Virus record (IMG/VR): IMGVR_UViG_3300044652_000032
Coordinates: 31,183 to 95,182 of that record
DNA length: 64,000 bases
Direction: 5' to 3' (one strand)
Origin: a virus
Taxonomy: Duplodnaviria; Caudoviricetes
The position numbers were made by a program, and so were the translations under genes. Positions 1 through 8,660 of this stretch are shown here, piece after piece; positions within the stretch are counted from its first letter, which is position 1, and every line of letters starts with the position of its first letter. A model generated the notes under the pieces. It ran no database searches. It was not told the origin of the DNA and saw only the letters and a list, made by a program, of their open reading frames with translations.

Positions 1-1
1 C

Positions 2-928
2 GGTCAGTACTATCTACGTAATGGTAACCATCGCGCGCTGGCCGAGATACTCAACGGGGCGAAGAAGGTAAAGTTACACGTCTATGATATTGATACTGAA
101 TCCAAGAAGTCGCTGAAGGCGGCGGACACGACGCTGAAGGAGCGGTTCGACGACTTCCTCGCCCGCGCCGAGCAGGAGGGCTTCCTCACCGCAGACCAGA
201 TTGACGACCTACGCCAGCGCTACGAGGACGGCGACGTAACGGACGAGGATCTGCCCCTCCCGCTGGACGAGGCCATTGATGACGACCTCACGGAGCAGGA
301 CGTTGAGGACGCCAAGCGCAGACTGGGCGCAGCTATACTCCTTGCCACCTTCGCGGGTCGAGCGCTGCTCCGCGACCGATTGCAGACCAAGTTCGAAGAC
401 AGAGCAGCCGCCCGTGCCGCGCAGCCCTCGCTCGCCCAGTGGCAGCGGGACTTCAAAGACGATATTGCACGCTACACGACAGACCAAGCCGTGCTGGGCG
501 ACCGTGGCACGGTGAGCGCGGAGCGGCTGCAATCAATCAGCGACATCGTCCAGCAGCAGCAGGCCTACCTCTCGCGCTTCGCCGATCAGCGGGCCGCCCG
601 CGCCCTCACGGGCGACGAGATGACGGACGCGTACATCGCCGCGCGCAGCCAGCTCTACTCGGGGCAGGGCCGTGCGGAGTGGTTCAAGGGCGCGGAGGAC
701 GAGGAGGCCACACCCGACACCGTCGTGTACTACGAGGCCGTAGGCGATGCGTCCACGTGTGATGCCTGTCTCCACGCCGAGGCCGGGAGTCCTTACTTGC
801 CGGGCGAGGGGCCGTATCCGGGCGAGGTGTGCGACGGCCACGGCTACTGCCGCTGCGAGCGCCGTGCCGTACACGACCCCGAGCTGGCCAAGATATTGCG
901 GGGCGAACCGGACGCTCCTACCGACTAA
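2..928 (+). CDS. MuF/SPP1 gp7-like minor head protein, 5'-partial, preceded in frame by the end of a ParB/Srx-like domain
   Basis: Frame is open from base 2 (GQYYLRNGNHRALAEILNG, ParB-like motif) through a KKSL linker into ORF 380..928; C-terminal TCDAC...HGYCRC Cys pattern typical of MuF; directly upstream of the prohead protease. Confidence 0.7.
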   Translation, partial: GQYYLRNGNHRALAEILNGAKKVKLHVYDIDTESKKSLKAADTTLKERFDDFLARAEQEGFLTADQIDDLRQRYEDGDVTDEDLPLPLDEAIDDDLTEQDVEDAKRRLGAAILLATFAGRALLRDRLQTKFEDRAAARAAQPSLAQWQRDFKDDIARYTTDQAVLGDRGTVSAERLQSISDIVQQQQAYLSRFADQRAARALTGDEMTDAYIAARSQLYSGQGRAEWFKGAEDEEATPDTVVYYEAVGDASTCDACLHAEAGSPYLPGEGPYPGEVCDGHGYCRCERRAVHDPELAKILRGEPDAPTD

Positions 929-1067
929 GACTATATCCGCTGGGCTACTGAAAAGTAACTCGCCTTTTTCGTTCCTCTTCCATAAAAATCCGCTGAATTG
1001 ACGGGCGAACGTATAATCGCGGCGTCGCGTTACGTTTGCAACCGTTTTGCGTCTGCTGCATTCCTAG

Positions 1068-4000
1068 ATGACCACGATGACTACCAGTTCGGGCTACCCT
1101 CCATACCCGAAGGTGACGGGCGTGGAGACCGGCGCGGGCGATGTGGCCCGGATACCCACGGAGCAGGACAAGATGAATCGCTGCCAAGTCTGCGGCCAAA
1201 CCGAGGAAGACAATCCCGCTCACGAGGACGACTACTCCGGGCCGGGCAAGCACAAGTTCCGTCCTGCGGCGGAGGAGAAGTCCTTGGGTGACGACATGTA
1301 CGTCACCACTCCCGCCTCCGGCATGGCCATCAAGTCGCTGGGCGGCGGACGCTTCGCCGGTTACATGATCCGCCACACCTCCGCCGCCGACCCCGACCTG
1401 ACCAACGACTACTTTACCAAGAGCACCGAGCGCTACATCGAGGTCGGAGACACCATCCCCGTCCTCTACGACCACGGATTAGACCCCACGCTCAAGCGCA
1501 CACGAATCGGAAGGGCCACCGTCAAGGACATTGACGACGTCGGCGTCTGGATCGAGGGACAGTTGAAGCTGCGCGACGGCTACGAAAAGAGCGAGCGCGT
1601 GCAAAAGTACCTCGACGCTATTGACACTCAACTCATCCGTCCGGGCAAGGCCGGACTCAGTACGGGCGCGGCCAGTCACATGGTGGAGCGCAAGAAGTCG
1701 GAGCGGAAGGGCGTAAGTGAGATAACGGCGTGGGGCGTGGCCGAGGTCTCGATTACTCCAATGCCCACGGAGCCGCGTGCGGCAGCGATGAGCGTGAAGA
1801 GCCTGCGCGAGTACGCCGTCGAGCCGGAGGCCGACGCCCGCGACTTCCTCAAGGCCGTGTGGAGCGGCAAGCACAAGAACGACCTCCCGGACTCGGCCTT
1901 CGCCTTCATAGAGAGCGGTGGGTCAAAAGACTCGGAGGGCAAGACCACGCCCCGCTCGCTCCGCCACTTCCCGATACGCAATAGCGCAGGCGACCTTGAC
2001 GCTTCACACGTCAGGAACGCACTGGGGCGCATCCCGCAGAGCGACCTGAGCGACGACGACAAGCAGAAGGCGCTCGCCAAGGTGAAGGCTGCCGCGAAGG
2101 AGCTGGGCATCGGCGACGAGGAGCAAAAGAGCCTGATGCTCAAGGGCAGCCCCGACCAGCCGAGGGACGATCATGGGCGTTGGAGTTCTGGCGGCGGTGA
2201 CGAAAGTAGCGTGAAGGTAATTAATCATAGCGACGGGCTTCCTCACATGCGGCCTGAGTATTACCAGAACACAGCGGCTTCGGCAAAGACCGTTGACAGA
2301 GAATCTTGGCGAGATAAGATTAAGGAGGATCGCACTCTCGAGGTTCATAACCACCCTAATGGGGTAGAAATTCACGACAAAGGGTCAAACACTACTCGCA
2401 TTTCAACATTTACACACGAGGGTGCACACGCACTCGGCAACGCATTAAGTCAGGCGGCAAAAAGCGCGTCGGATAATCAGCGCGTCGAATCCAAGCATAC
2501 GACAAACGGATTTCAACATTATATTGAAAACTACAGTAAAGAGGATGCGGCTTCTCTCGGAGCAGCCTTGTCCAATATACGTCCGCCGCGCGAGTCGAAG
2601 AGTGTCGGCAAGATGGTGGAGGAGGGTAACTTCTACCGCTACCGCCTGCGCGACCCCTCCGACTTCGAGCAGGACTCCTTCCGCACCATCACGCTCGGCA
2701 ACGCCGGAGGCAAGGCCAAAGGCCCGAAGATACAGGCCGTCGTAGGCAAGCTGAAGGGCGAGGACGCCATGACGCTCCAGACCTACATGTTCCCCACCGA
2801 CGAGTGGGACGAGGACGACGTCCAGCGGTGGGTGGACGACCACAAGGACAAGAAGTCGCTCGCTTTCCTGGGGTGGTCCGACATCAAGGGTTCGCCTGAT
2901 CAGCCGAGAGATGATCATGGCAGGTGGACGAGCGGGGGAGGGGATGATACGGCTGGCGGTGACTCAGTGTCCGTAGGCAAATTTTCTTCACCGACTCCAG
3001 ACCACTTTGGCACACGTGAGGATAATCCCGAAAAACCCCCCGCAGGATGGTCGCGTACCGCCTCGGATAAATTGCAGCGGTATGTAATGACACCGTCTGG
3101 CGAGTATAAAGTAACCATTACCTACCATAACGGTAACTATGCCAAGGTAGACGCACAACAGTCGGGGCGCAGCATCAATGATAGGTATATTTTCAACGGA
3201 CGGCGACTTGGCGGCAACGAGATGGTAGAGTGGGACAAGTTGCCTTCGTATTTGAACAATCTTAGCCATCAATTGTCTAATTTACCTGATTTATCACGGA
3301 AGAGTATGCCCGGCTCCACGCTCGCTCTGCCGCACAAGCCCCACCAGTACATGGGCGACTCGGACGGGCGGTGCAAGGTGTGCGGCAAGGCGGAGGACGA
3401 CCCCCTGCACGAGGAGGCCGCAAAGCGGCTGAGCCGTCCGCTGAAGACTTTGTTCGAGGAAGAGCTGGCGCAGATATCGCCTTCGGTCTGGACGTTGCAG
3501 AGCGCGCGGGACAACGTGCTGTCCGACATTGCGGCGGCCAAGCTGGTGGAGGGCGTGGCGGGTACGCCTGTGGACGTGCAGGGCAAGGTCACCGAGTGCA
3601 TGACGGAGTACGCCGCGCGATTTATCCCGCTGGCCGTGGCGCAGATAAACGACTGGGTCGAGGATCAGTCGGAGCCGGGTAGCGATTCCTACAACAACGG
3701 CAGGTTCTACCTGCGTAGCATCAACATTCATTCTTTAGCCGACCTTATAAACGACGATGCGACCAAGAGCGAGGGCGTGCCTGCCCTCCGCTTGGCCGAC
3801 CACTCCGCACGGACGGTGTCCGCCGTAGAGGAGTTCGCGACCATTACGACGCGACTGACGGGAGCGGTTAAGGGCTTCCTGCAGCGCGTCTCTGACCGCA
3901 TGGAGTTCCGCCGCAACCAGCCCACGACCAAGAGCGGGCGCGTGCTCAGCAAGGAGAACAGCGACCGCCTGCGGGAGTTGCACGCTTCTCTCGGCTCCGC

Positions 4001-4187
4001 GATAGACGACGCCAAGGAGATGCACGGGCATCTGGGCGACCTGATAGAGCGGGCCAACAGCAAGTACGCCTCCGATAACGACGGTGACGAGCAGAGCAAG
4101 AAGGCTCTGGCCGACGAGTGGGAGACGAGGCTGATGGTGCTCAACGCCGAGGTCGACACCGAGCTGGCGCTGGCCGGAACACACTGA
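1068..4187 (+). CDS. HK97-type prohead maturation protease/scaffold polyprotein with accessory domains (1039 aa)
   Basis: Protease motifs FAGY, PVLYDHG, GLSTG, EVSITPMP; followed by an LPDSAFA...RHFPI...HVRNAL (DUF6582-like) domain, two QPRDDHGRW modules and a helical C-terminus; directly upstream of the major capsid gene. Confidence 0.85.
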   Translation: MTTMTTSSGYPPYPKVTGVETGAGDVARIPTEQDKMNRCQVCGQTEEDNPAHEDDYSGPGKHKFRPAAEEKSLGDDMYVTTPASGMAIKSLGGGRFAGYMIRHTSAADPDLTNDYFTKSTERYIEVGDTIPVLYDHGLDPTLKRTRIGRATVKDIDDVGVWIEGQLKLRDGYEKSERVQKYLDAIDTQLIRPGKAGLSTGAASHMVERKKSERKGVSEITAWGVAEVSITPMPTEPRAAAMSVKSLREYAVEPEADARDFLKAVWSGKHKNDLPDSAFAFIESGGSKDSEGKTTPRSLRHFPIRNSAGDLDASHVRNALGRIPQSDLSDDDKQKALAKVKAAAKELGIGDEEQKSLMLKGSPDQPRDDHGRWSSGGGDESSVKVINHSDGLPHMRPEYYQNTAASAKTVDRESWRDKIKEDRTLEVHNHPNGVEIHDKGSNTTRISTFTHEGAHALGNALSQAAKSASDNQRVESKHTTNGFQHYIENYSKEDAASLGAALSNIRPPRESKSVGKMVEEGNFYRYRLRDPSDFEQDSFRTITLGNAGGKAKGPKIQAVVGKLKGEDAMTLQTYMFPTDEWDEDDVQRWVDDHKDKKSLAFLGWSDIKGSPDQPRDDHGRWTSGGGDDTAGGDSVSVGKFSSPTPDHFGTREDNPEKPPAGWSRTASDKLQRYVMTPSGEYKVTITYHNGNYAKVDAQQSGRSINDRYIFNGRRLGGNEMVEWDKLPSYLNNLSHQLSNLPDLSRKSMPGSTLALPHKPHQYMGDSDGRCKVCGKAEDDPLHEEAAKRLSRPLKTLFEEELAQISPSVWTLQSARDNVLSDIAAAKLVEGVAGTPVDVQGKVTECMTEYAARFIPLAVAQINDWVEDQSEPGSDSYNNGRFYLRSINIHSLADLINDDATKSEGVPALRLADHSARTVSAVEEFATITTRLTGAVKGFLQRVSDRMEFRRNQPTTKSGRVLSKENSDRLRELHASLGSAIDDAKEMHGHLGDLIERANSKYASDNDGDEQSKKALADEWETRLMVLNAEVDTELALAGTH

Positions 4188-4206
4188 CCCACTACGGAGA
4201 ACTACG

Positions 4207-5547
4207 ATGGCAGAAGAACCCAAAGTTTATGAGCGCGAACGGGACGTCGAGGCGATGAATTACGACGCCATCAAGTCCTTTGTCAAGGACAAGCGCGAGG
4301 AGATGAGCAAGTTCTACAAGGAGGAGGTGCAGGGCAAGGCTCCGCACTCCAACGTCCTCAAATCGCTGCAGGTGCGCGAGGCCGAAATCAAGGCCGCCAA
4401 CGAGCGCATGACGCTGCTCCGCGAGGCCGACGAGGCCGAAAAGCGCAACCGCGACGAGTACAAGTCCACGTTCGGCACCGCACGGCTGCCCGTCCCGCAC
4501 GAGGGCGGGCGCGGCAACGGTAACGGCGCTGACGACCACGGCGACATGGCCGTTGCCAAGTCGATCGGCCAGATGTTCGTGGACAGCCGCGAGTACGAGA
4601 AGGCGGCCAGCAAGGGGCTTAAGAGCTGGGACGCGCGCTACGACGGCACGCTCATCGCCGAGCTGGACGAGGCCTCGATAAAGTCGTGGGATCCCTACGC
4701 CGTCAAGACCACGATGACGACCTCGGCGGGCTGGGCACCGTACCCCGCGCTCTCGCCGCGTCCTCCGGTCATGACGGCGCTGCAGCAGCCCGTGGTCAGC
4801 GACCTCATCCCGCAGGACGACACCACGCAGCCCGCTATCCTCTACTACGAGGAGACGGCCTTCTCCGACGCCGCAGCGCCGACCGCCGAGGGCGGCGTCA
4901 AGCCCGAGCAGCAGCTCGCCCTCACGCTCCGCACGCAGCCCATCTGCAAGATCGCCGCCACGCTCCCCATCACCGACGAGCAGCTGATGGACGTTCCGGC
5001 GGTGCGCGGTTACATCGACCAGCGGCTGACGTTGATGGTGCGTCGGGCGGAGGACTCGCAGCTGCTGACGGGCAACGGCACGTCGCCCAACTTGCAGGGC
5101 TTCCACACCAAGAGCGGCATCGGCTCGATCGCCCGCGCCTCCAACGAGGACAACGCGGACACGATTCTGCGCGCCATCACGGACGTGAACTCCATCTACG
5201 GGTTCGCGAACGCCTCGGGCATCATCCTGCACCCGCTCAACTGGCTGGCCATACGGCTCATCCGCACCACGACCGGCGACTACATCTGGGGTCACCCGGC
5301 CACGGTCGGCCCCGCCACGCTGTGGGGTCTGCCCGTGGTGCAGACGGCCATGGAGACGAGCGGCAAGGGCTTGGTCGGCGACTTCCAGATGTACTCGCAC
5401 ATCTCGCGCCGTCTGGGTCTGAAGATCGACGTCGGCTACATCAACGACGACTTCCAGCGCGACATCCAGCGCATCCGCTTGGAGGAGCGCCTCTCGCTCG
5501 AGATCTACAGGGCGCGGGCGTTCGAAGAGGTGACCAGCCTCCAGTAA
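4207..5547 (+). CDS. Major capsid protein, HK97 fold, with N-terminal delta domain
   Basis: Coiled-coil N-terminus; AEGGVKP, KIAATLPITDEQLMD, EDSQLLTGNGT, LWGLPVV, GDF motifs. Confidence 0.95.
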   Translation: MAEEPKVYERERDVEAMNYDAIKSFVKDKREEMSKFYKEEVQGKAPHSNVLKSLQVREAEIKAANERMTLLREADEAEKRNRDEYKSTFGTARLPVPHEGGRGNGNGADDHGDMAVAKSIGQMFVDSREYEKAASKGLKSWDARYDGTLIAELDEASIKSWDPYAVKTTMTTSAGWAPYPALSPRPPVMTALQQPVVSDLIPQDDTTQPAILYYEETAFSDAAAPTAEGGVKPEQQLALTLRTQPICKIAATLPITDEQLMDVPAVRGYIDQRLTLMVRRAEDSQLLTGNGTSPNLQGFHTKSGIGSIARASNEDNADTILRAITDVNSIYGFANASGIILHPLNWLAIRLIRTTTGDYIWGHPATVGPATLWGLPVVQTAMETSGKGLVGDFQMYSHISRRLGLKIDVGYINDDFQRDIQRIRLEERLSLEIYRARAFEEVTSLQ

Positions 5548-5572
5548 CTGGACGGCTGATGTTCTTTTCAAC

Positions 5573-5713
5573 GAGTGGGTTGACGTAGGGCGATTCCGGC
5601 AGAAACGTCGGGCGTCAACGCTCTGTGGGTGCCGGTCTTTTGACCGCGCCACGGCTCCGCGCGAAGGGGAGAGCGCGCGGACTGCTGGCCCTCAACGGGG
5701 TCGGCACCCACAG
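5573..5713 (+). ncRNA. Candidate structured RNA element between the capsid and decoration genes
   Basis: Perfect 12-bp stem 5623-5634/5702-5713 enclosing three hairpins; second stem 5579-5585/5613-5619. Confidence 0.45.
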
Positions 5714-5743
5714 TACAACTTCTTTAGGTAGGAGATTACGACG

Positions 5744-6310
5744 ATGCCAGTAACCAACGGCGGATTCGCCACGGCTGTTCAGTCGCAGGATCCCGTGCGT
5801 CGGCACAAGACGCTCGCCAGCCCCGCGCTCGGCGCGGCGGCGTCGGTGCTCCCGGCGCAGACGCTGCCCGCCTCCGGCACCACGACGGTGACGGCGGGCA
5901 TCACCAACCCGGACGTGCCGCGCAACCTGACCGTGACGGGCAACCAGGCCACGGCCACGGGCAACGTCGTCGCCACCGGTACCAGCGAGGACAACACGAC
6001 CATCACCGAGACCATTGTGGCCAACGGCACGGCCACCGTGGCGGGCAACAAGGCGTTCAAGACCGTGGCGCAGGTCGTGTTTCCCGCGCGCGGCGCTTCC
6101 GGCGACACCATCAGCGTCGGCACGGGCGCAAAGCTCGGTCTGGGCGACAAGCTGGCGCGCGACACCGTGCGTAGCGCCTATCTGAACAACGTGCGCGAGG
6201 GCACGGCCCCGACCGTCACCACGAGCGCCACGGCTGTGGAGAGCAACACCGTCCAGCTCAACTCGGCGCTCAACGGCAATCAGGTGGACATCTACTACGA
6301 CCGCGGCTAG
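5744..6310 (+). CDS. Putative capsid decoration protein (beta-rich, T/A/G-rich)
   Basis: Position after the capsid gene; PDVPRNLTVT and TGT...ITETI...GNKAFKTV patterns; good RBS. Confidence 0.6.
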   Translation: MPVTNGGFATAVQSQDPVRRHKTLASPALGAAASVLPAQTLPASGTTTVTAGITNPDVPRNLTVTGNQATATGNVVATGTSEDNTTITETIVANGTATVAGNKAFKTVAQVVFPARGASGDTISVGTGAKLGLGDKLARDTVRSAYLNNVREGTAPTVTTSATAVESNTVQLNSALNGNQVDIYYDRG

Positions 6311-6349
6311 GCGCACGCGGCAACTTTTTACGGGGCAGGAGAACGAGCA

Positions 6350-6808
6350 ATGCTAAGAGCCAGTAAGGACATCTACGTTGACGCCGAGGGCAACGTCGTC
6401 AGCGAGCCGAGCACCAAGGGCGGAACCTTCAAGGTGGCCGCCGAGGGCGCTACCGTCAACGAGGCCGACCTCGAGCGCTACGGCATCAAGACCGACACCT
6501 TCGACCAGCACGGGCTGACCGTACTGACCGCGGAGGACGTCGCGCGCGAGCAGGCCGAGGAGGACGCGCGCCGCGCCGCCGCCGTGCGGCGTTCGGGTTT
6601 CAGTCAGACGTCGGTTGCCGGTGCCGCGCCCGTCACGGCGCAACGCCCGCGTGCGGCGGACGGCGCGATCGAGAGCGAGGCACCAGCGCCTGCACCCGCA
6701 GGGGTGCCGCCGGGCGTGGGCGTGACCGCCGCCGTTACGCCGCAGGGTAAGGCCGCCAAGAGCGACTACGTGCCTCCGGCGGACAACGTGACCGACGCCG
6801 CGAAGTAA
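6350..6808 (+). CDS. Hypothetical head-region protein
   Basis: RBS AGGAG; genome-typical codon usage; synteny. Confidence 0.6.
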   Translation: MLRASKDIYVDAEGNVVSEPSTKGGTFKVAAEGATVNEADLERYGIKTDTFDQHGLTVLTAEDVAREQAEEDARRAAAVRRSGFSQTSVAGAAPVTAQRPRAADGAIESEAPAPAPAGVPPGVGVTAAVTPQGKAAKSDYVPPADNVTDAAK

Positions 6809-6826
6809 CCGGCGCGGAGGTAGCGC

Positions 6827-7351
6827 GTGAGCGACTTCACGGACGCACTCGCCGTGGTCAAGCGGGCGTGCCAGCCCGACGACGTGCCCACGTTGACCTA
6901 CTCGGCAACGGGAGGGCCGACCGCCGGGCTTGACCTCGACGACATCATCGTCGCGTGCCAGCGCGGCGCTGTTTGGACGGCGAGCACGGCGCTCCACTAC
7001 GGCCAGATCGTCTTCCCGACCACGGTCAACGGGCAGGAGTACGAGGTCGTCCGCGCGGGCACGAGCGGCACCGTGGAGCCGACATGGTCGGTGGCCATAG
7101 GTAGCTACTATGGCCCGTACGACTACGGGCAGGCTCTGGTGATGGACGGCTCGGCAGTGCTGAAGGCGCGGGGCTTCTACGCCGGTATGTACGACGTGCG
7201 CGAGGCCTGCCGTCAGGCCTGCCTCTTGAAGTCGCGCCGGGCGGCCAAGTGCCCGGATTTTTCGGCTGATGGCGCGAGCATAAAGAAGTCGCAGGTGCGC
7301 GACTTCTGGCACGCCGAGGCCGAGCAGTTCGACCCGGTCTTTGTGGCCTGA
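6827..7351 (+). CDS. Head-tail connector/adaptor with an inserted small beta domain
   Basis: Synteny; YDVREAC...DFSADGASIKKSQ C-terminus; WTAST...NGQEY...AGTSGTVEPTW insert. Confidence 0.6.
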   Translation: MSDFTDALAVVKRACQPDDVPTLTYSATGGPTAGLDLDDIIVACQRGAVWTASTALHYGQIVFPTTVNGQEYEVVRAGTSGTVEPTWSVAIGSYYGPYDYGQALVMDGSAVLKARGFYAGMYDVREACRQACLLKSRRAAKCPDFSADGASIKKSQVRDFWHAEAEQFDPVFVA

Positions 7352-7355
7352 AACG

Positions 7356-7760
7356 ATGAGCGCTTGCCTCGACCTGCAGACGTTGCGCGCCGAGTACCTG
7401 CAGACGCTGACGCGCACCTGCACGGTGCCGGGGCTGCCGCGCACCGTAGCCGTCAACGACGAGACCACGGGCGTCGGCGGCACGACCCAGACGACGCTCG
7501 CCACCCCGACCACGGGCGTGCCCTGCGCTTTTTCGGTAGTGGGCGGCAGCACCCCGGCAGTGGAGGGAGCGCAGCTGGAGATAGGCACGGTGGTTATGCG
7601 CTTCGGGTGGAACGTGGCTCTGCGGTCGGGGATGACAATAGTGGTTGACGCGGGGCCGAACGGCGAACCCAGCCGCACGTTCCAACTCGTCGCGCAGATG
7701 TCCACCTCGCTGCTGATAGGCCAGCGATGGACGGCCATAGAGTACGGGCAGGAGGTTTAA
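7356..7760 (+). CDS. Head closure/stopper protein
   Basis: Synteny, size, beta-strand pattern. Confidence 0.55.
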   Translation: MSACLDLQTLRAEYLQTLTRTCTVPGLPRTVAVNDETTGVGGTTQTTLATPTTGVPCAFSVVGGSTPAVEGAQLEIGTVVMRFGWNVALRSGMTIVVDAGPNGEPSRTFQLVAQMSTSLLIGQRWTAIEYGQEV

Positions 7761-7764
7761 CCGA

Positions 7765-8172
7765 GTGGCAAAGTACAACGTCAAGATTACGCGCGAGCAC
7801 GGCTCCAACACCAAGGAGGTGCGCTTCGAACCCCTCGAGGGCGCTCCGCGTCTGCGCTCCATCTACTGCCGTCTGGACGAGATGGAGGACATCAGCGAGG
7901 GCGAGCAGGAAGTCTCCGCCGAGGAGCACGCCGCCTTGTTCGAGGAGGCGCAGTCCCTCCGCGAGACCGAGCAGGCCGCCGCGCAGGCCGAGAGCATGAG
8001 CACTCTAGGCGTAGCCGAGGAGGGTTCGGACGGTGTGGCCACGCCCGGAACGGCTGCACATCCAAAGAAGAGCACGCTGCTCACGCCCTCGGAGACCTCG
8101 CGCAAGCCCACGCCGCCGCCGACGAGCGACGCGGCAAAGCAGGCTACGGAGACTAGCAGCGGTGCCAGTTGA
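7765..8172 (+). CDS. Hypothetical neck-region protein
   Basis: Closely packed ORF in the structural operon. Confidence 0.5.
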   Translation: MAKYNVKITREHGSNTKEVRFEPLEGAPRLRSIYCRLDEMEDISEGEQEVSAEEHAALFEEAQSLRETEQAAAQAESMSTLGVAEEGSDGVATPGTAAHPKKSTLLTPSETSRKPTPPPTSDAAKQATETSSGAS

Positions 8173-8653
8173 GCACACCAGCAACATGGACGCCGTGCAA
8201 GCGGCCATCCGCGCCCGCCGCGCCGCCGACATCAATCAAGCGGCCACGGCGCAGCTCAACTACGCCGACTTCCGCGTCCCCGTGGATACCGGGGCATTGA
8301 AAGGCTCTTTGAAGCAGACGGTCGTTGCTACGGAAGACAGTTTACGCGCCGAGGTGCAGGCCGGAGGCACGACCACCGTGGGCGGCGAGCCAGTCACTTA
8401 CGCCCCGGCAGTCAACTTCGGCAGTCACCACATCAGCTCTTTGGGCAACGAGTACGATATAGCGCCCGACCCCTTCTGGACGGAAGCGGAGGACGTCGGG
8501 CGCGAGAGCTGGCGCAGGTTGTGCCGCATCCGCACCTTCGAGGGCCGCCAGCAGGCACACATGCAGACAGGCAAGCGCACGTCGGCGCAGGACTTCGAGA
8601 CCTTCGAGGAGTCCGAGGAACTCGACCTGTTCGGCACGGGCGGAGGAGAGTAG
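8162..8653 (+). CDS. HK97 gp10-like neck/tail-completion protein
   Basis: VPVDTGALKGS, YAPAVNFG, PDPFW motifs. Confidence 0.8.
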   Translation: MPVEHTSNMDAVQAAIRARRAADINQAATAQLNYADFRVPVDTGALKGSLKQTVVATEDSLRAEVQAGGTTTVGGEPVTYAPAVNFGSHHISSLGNEYDIAPDPFWTEAEDVGRESWRRLCRIRTFEGRQQAHMQTGKRTSAQDFETFEESEELDLFGTGGGE

Positions 8654-8660
8654 GTAGTGA

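Noticed and set aside
998-1017. TTGACG...TATAAT promoter before the protease
   Set aside because: Spacing is only 8 bp; the -10 may be real but no canonical sigma70 promoter can be supported.
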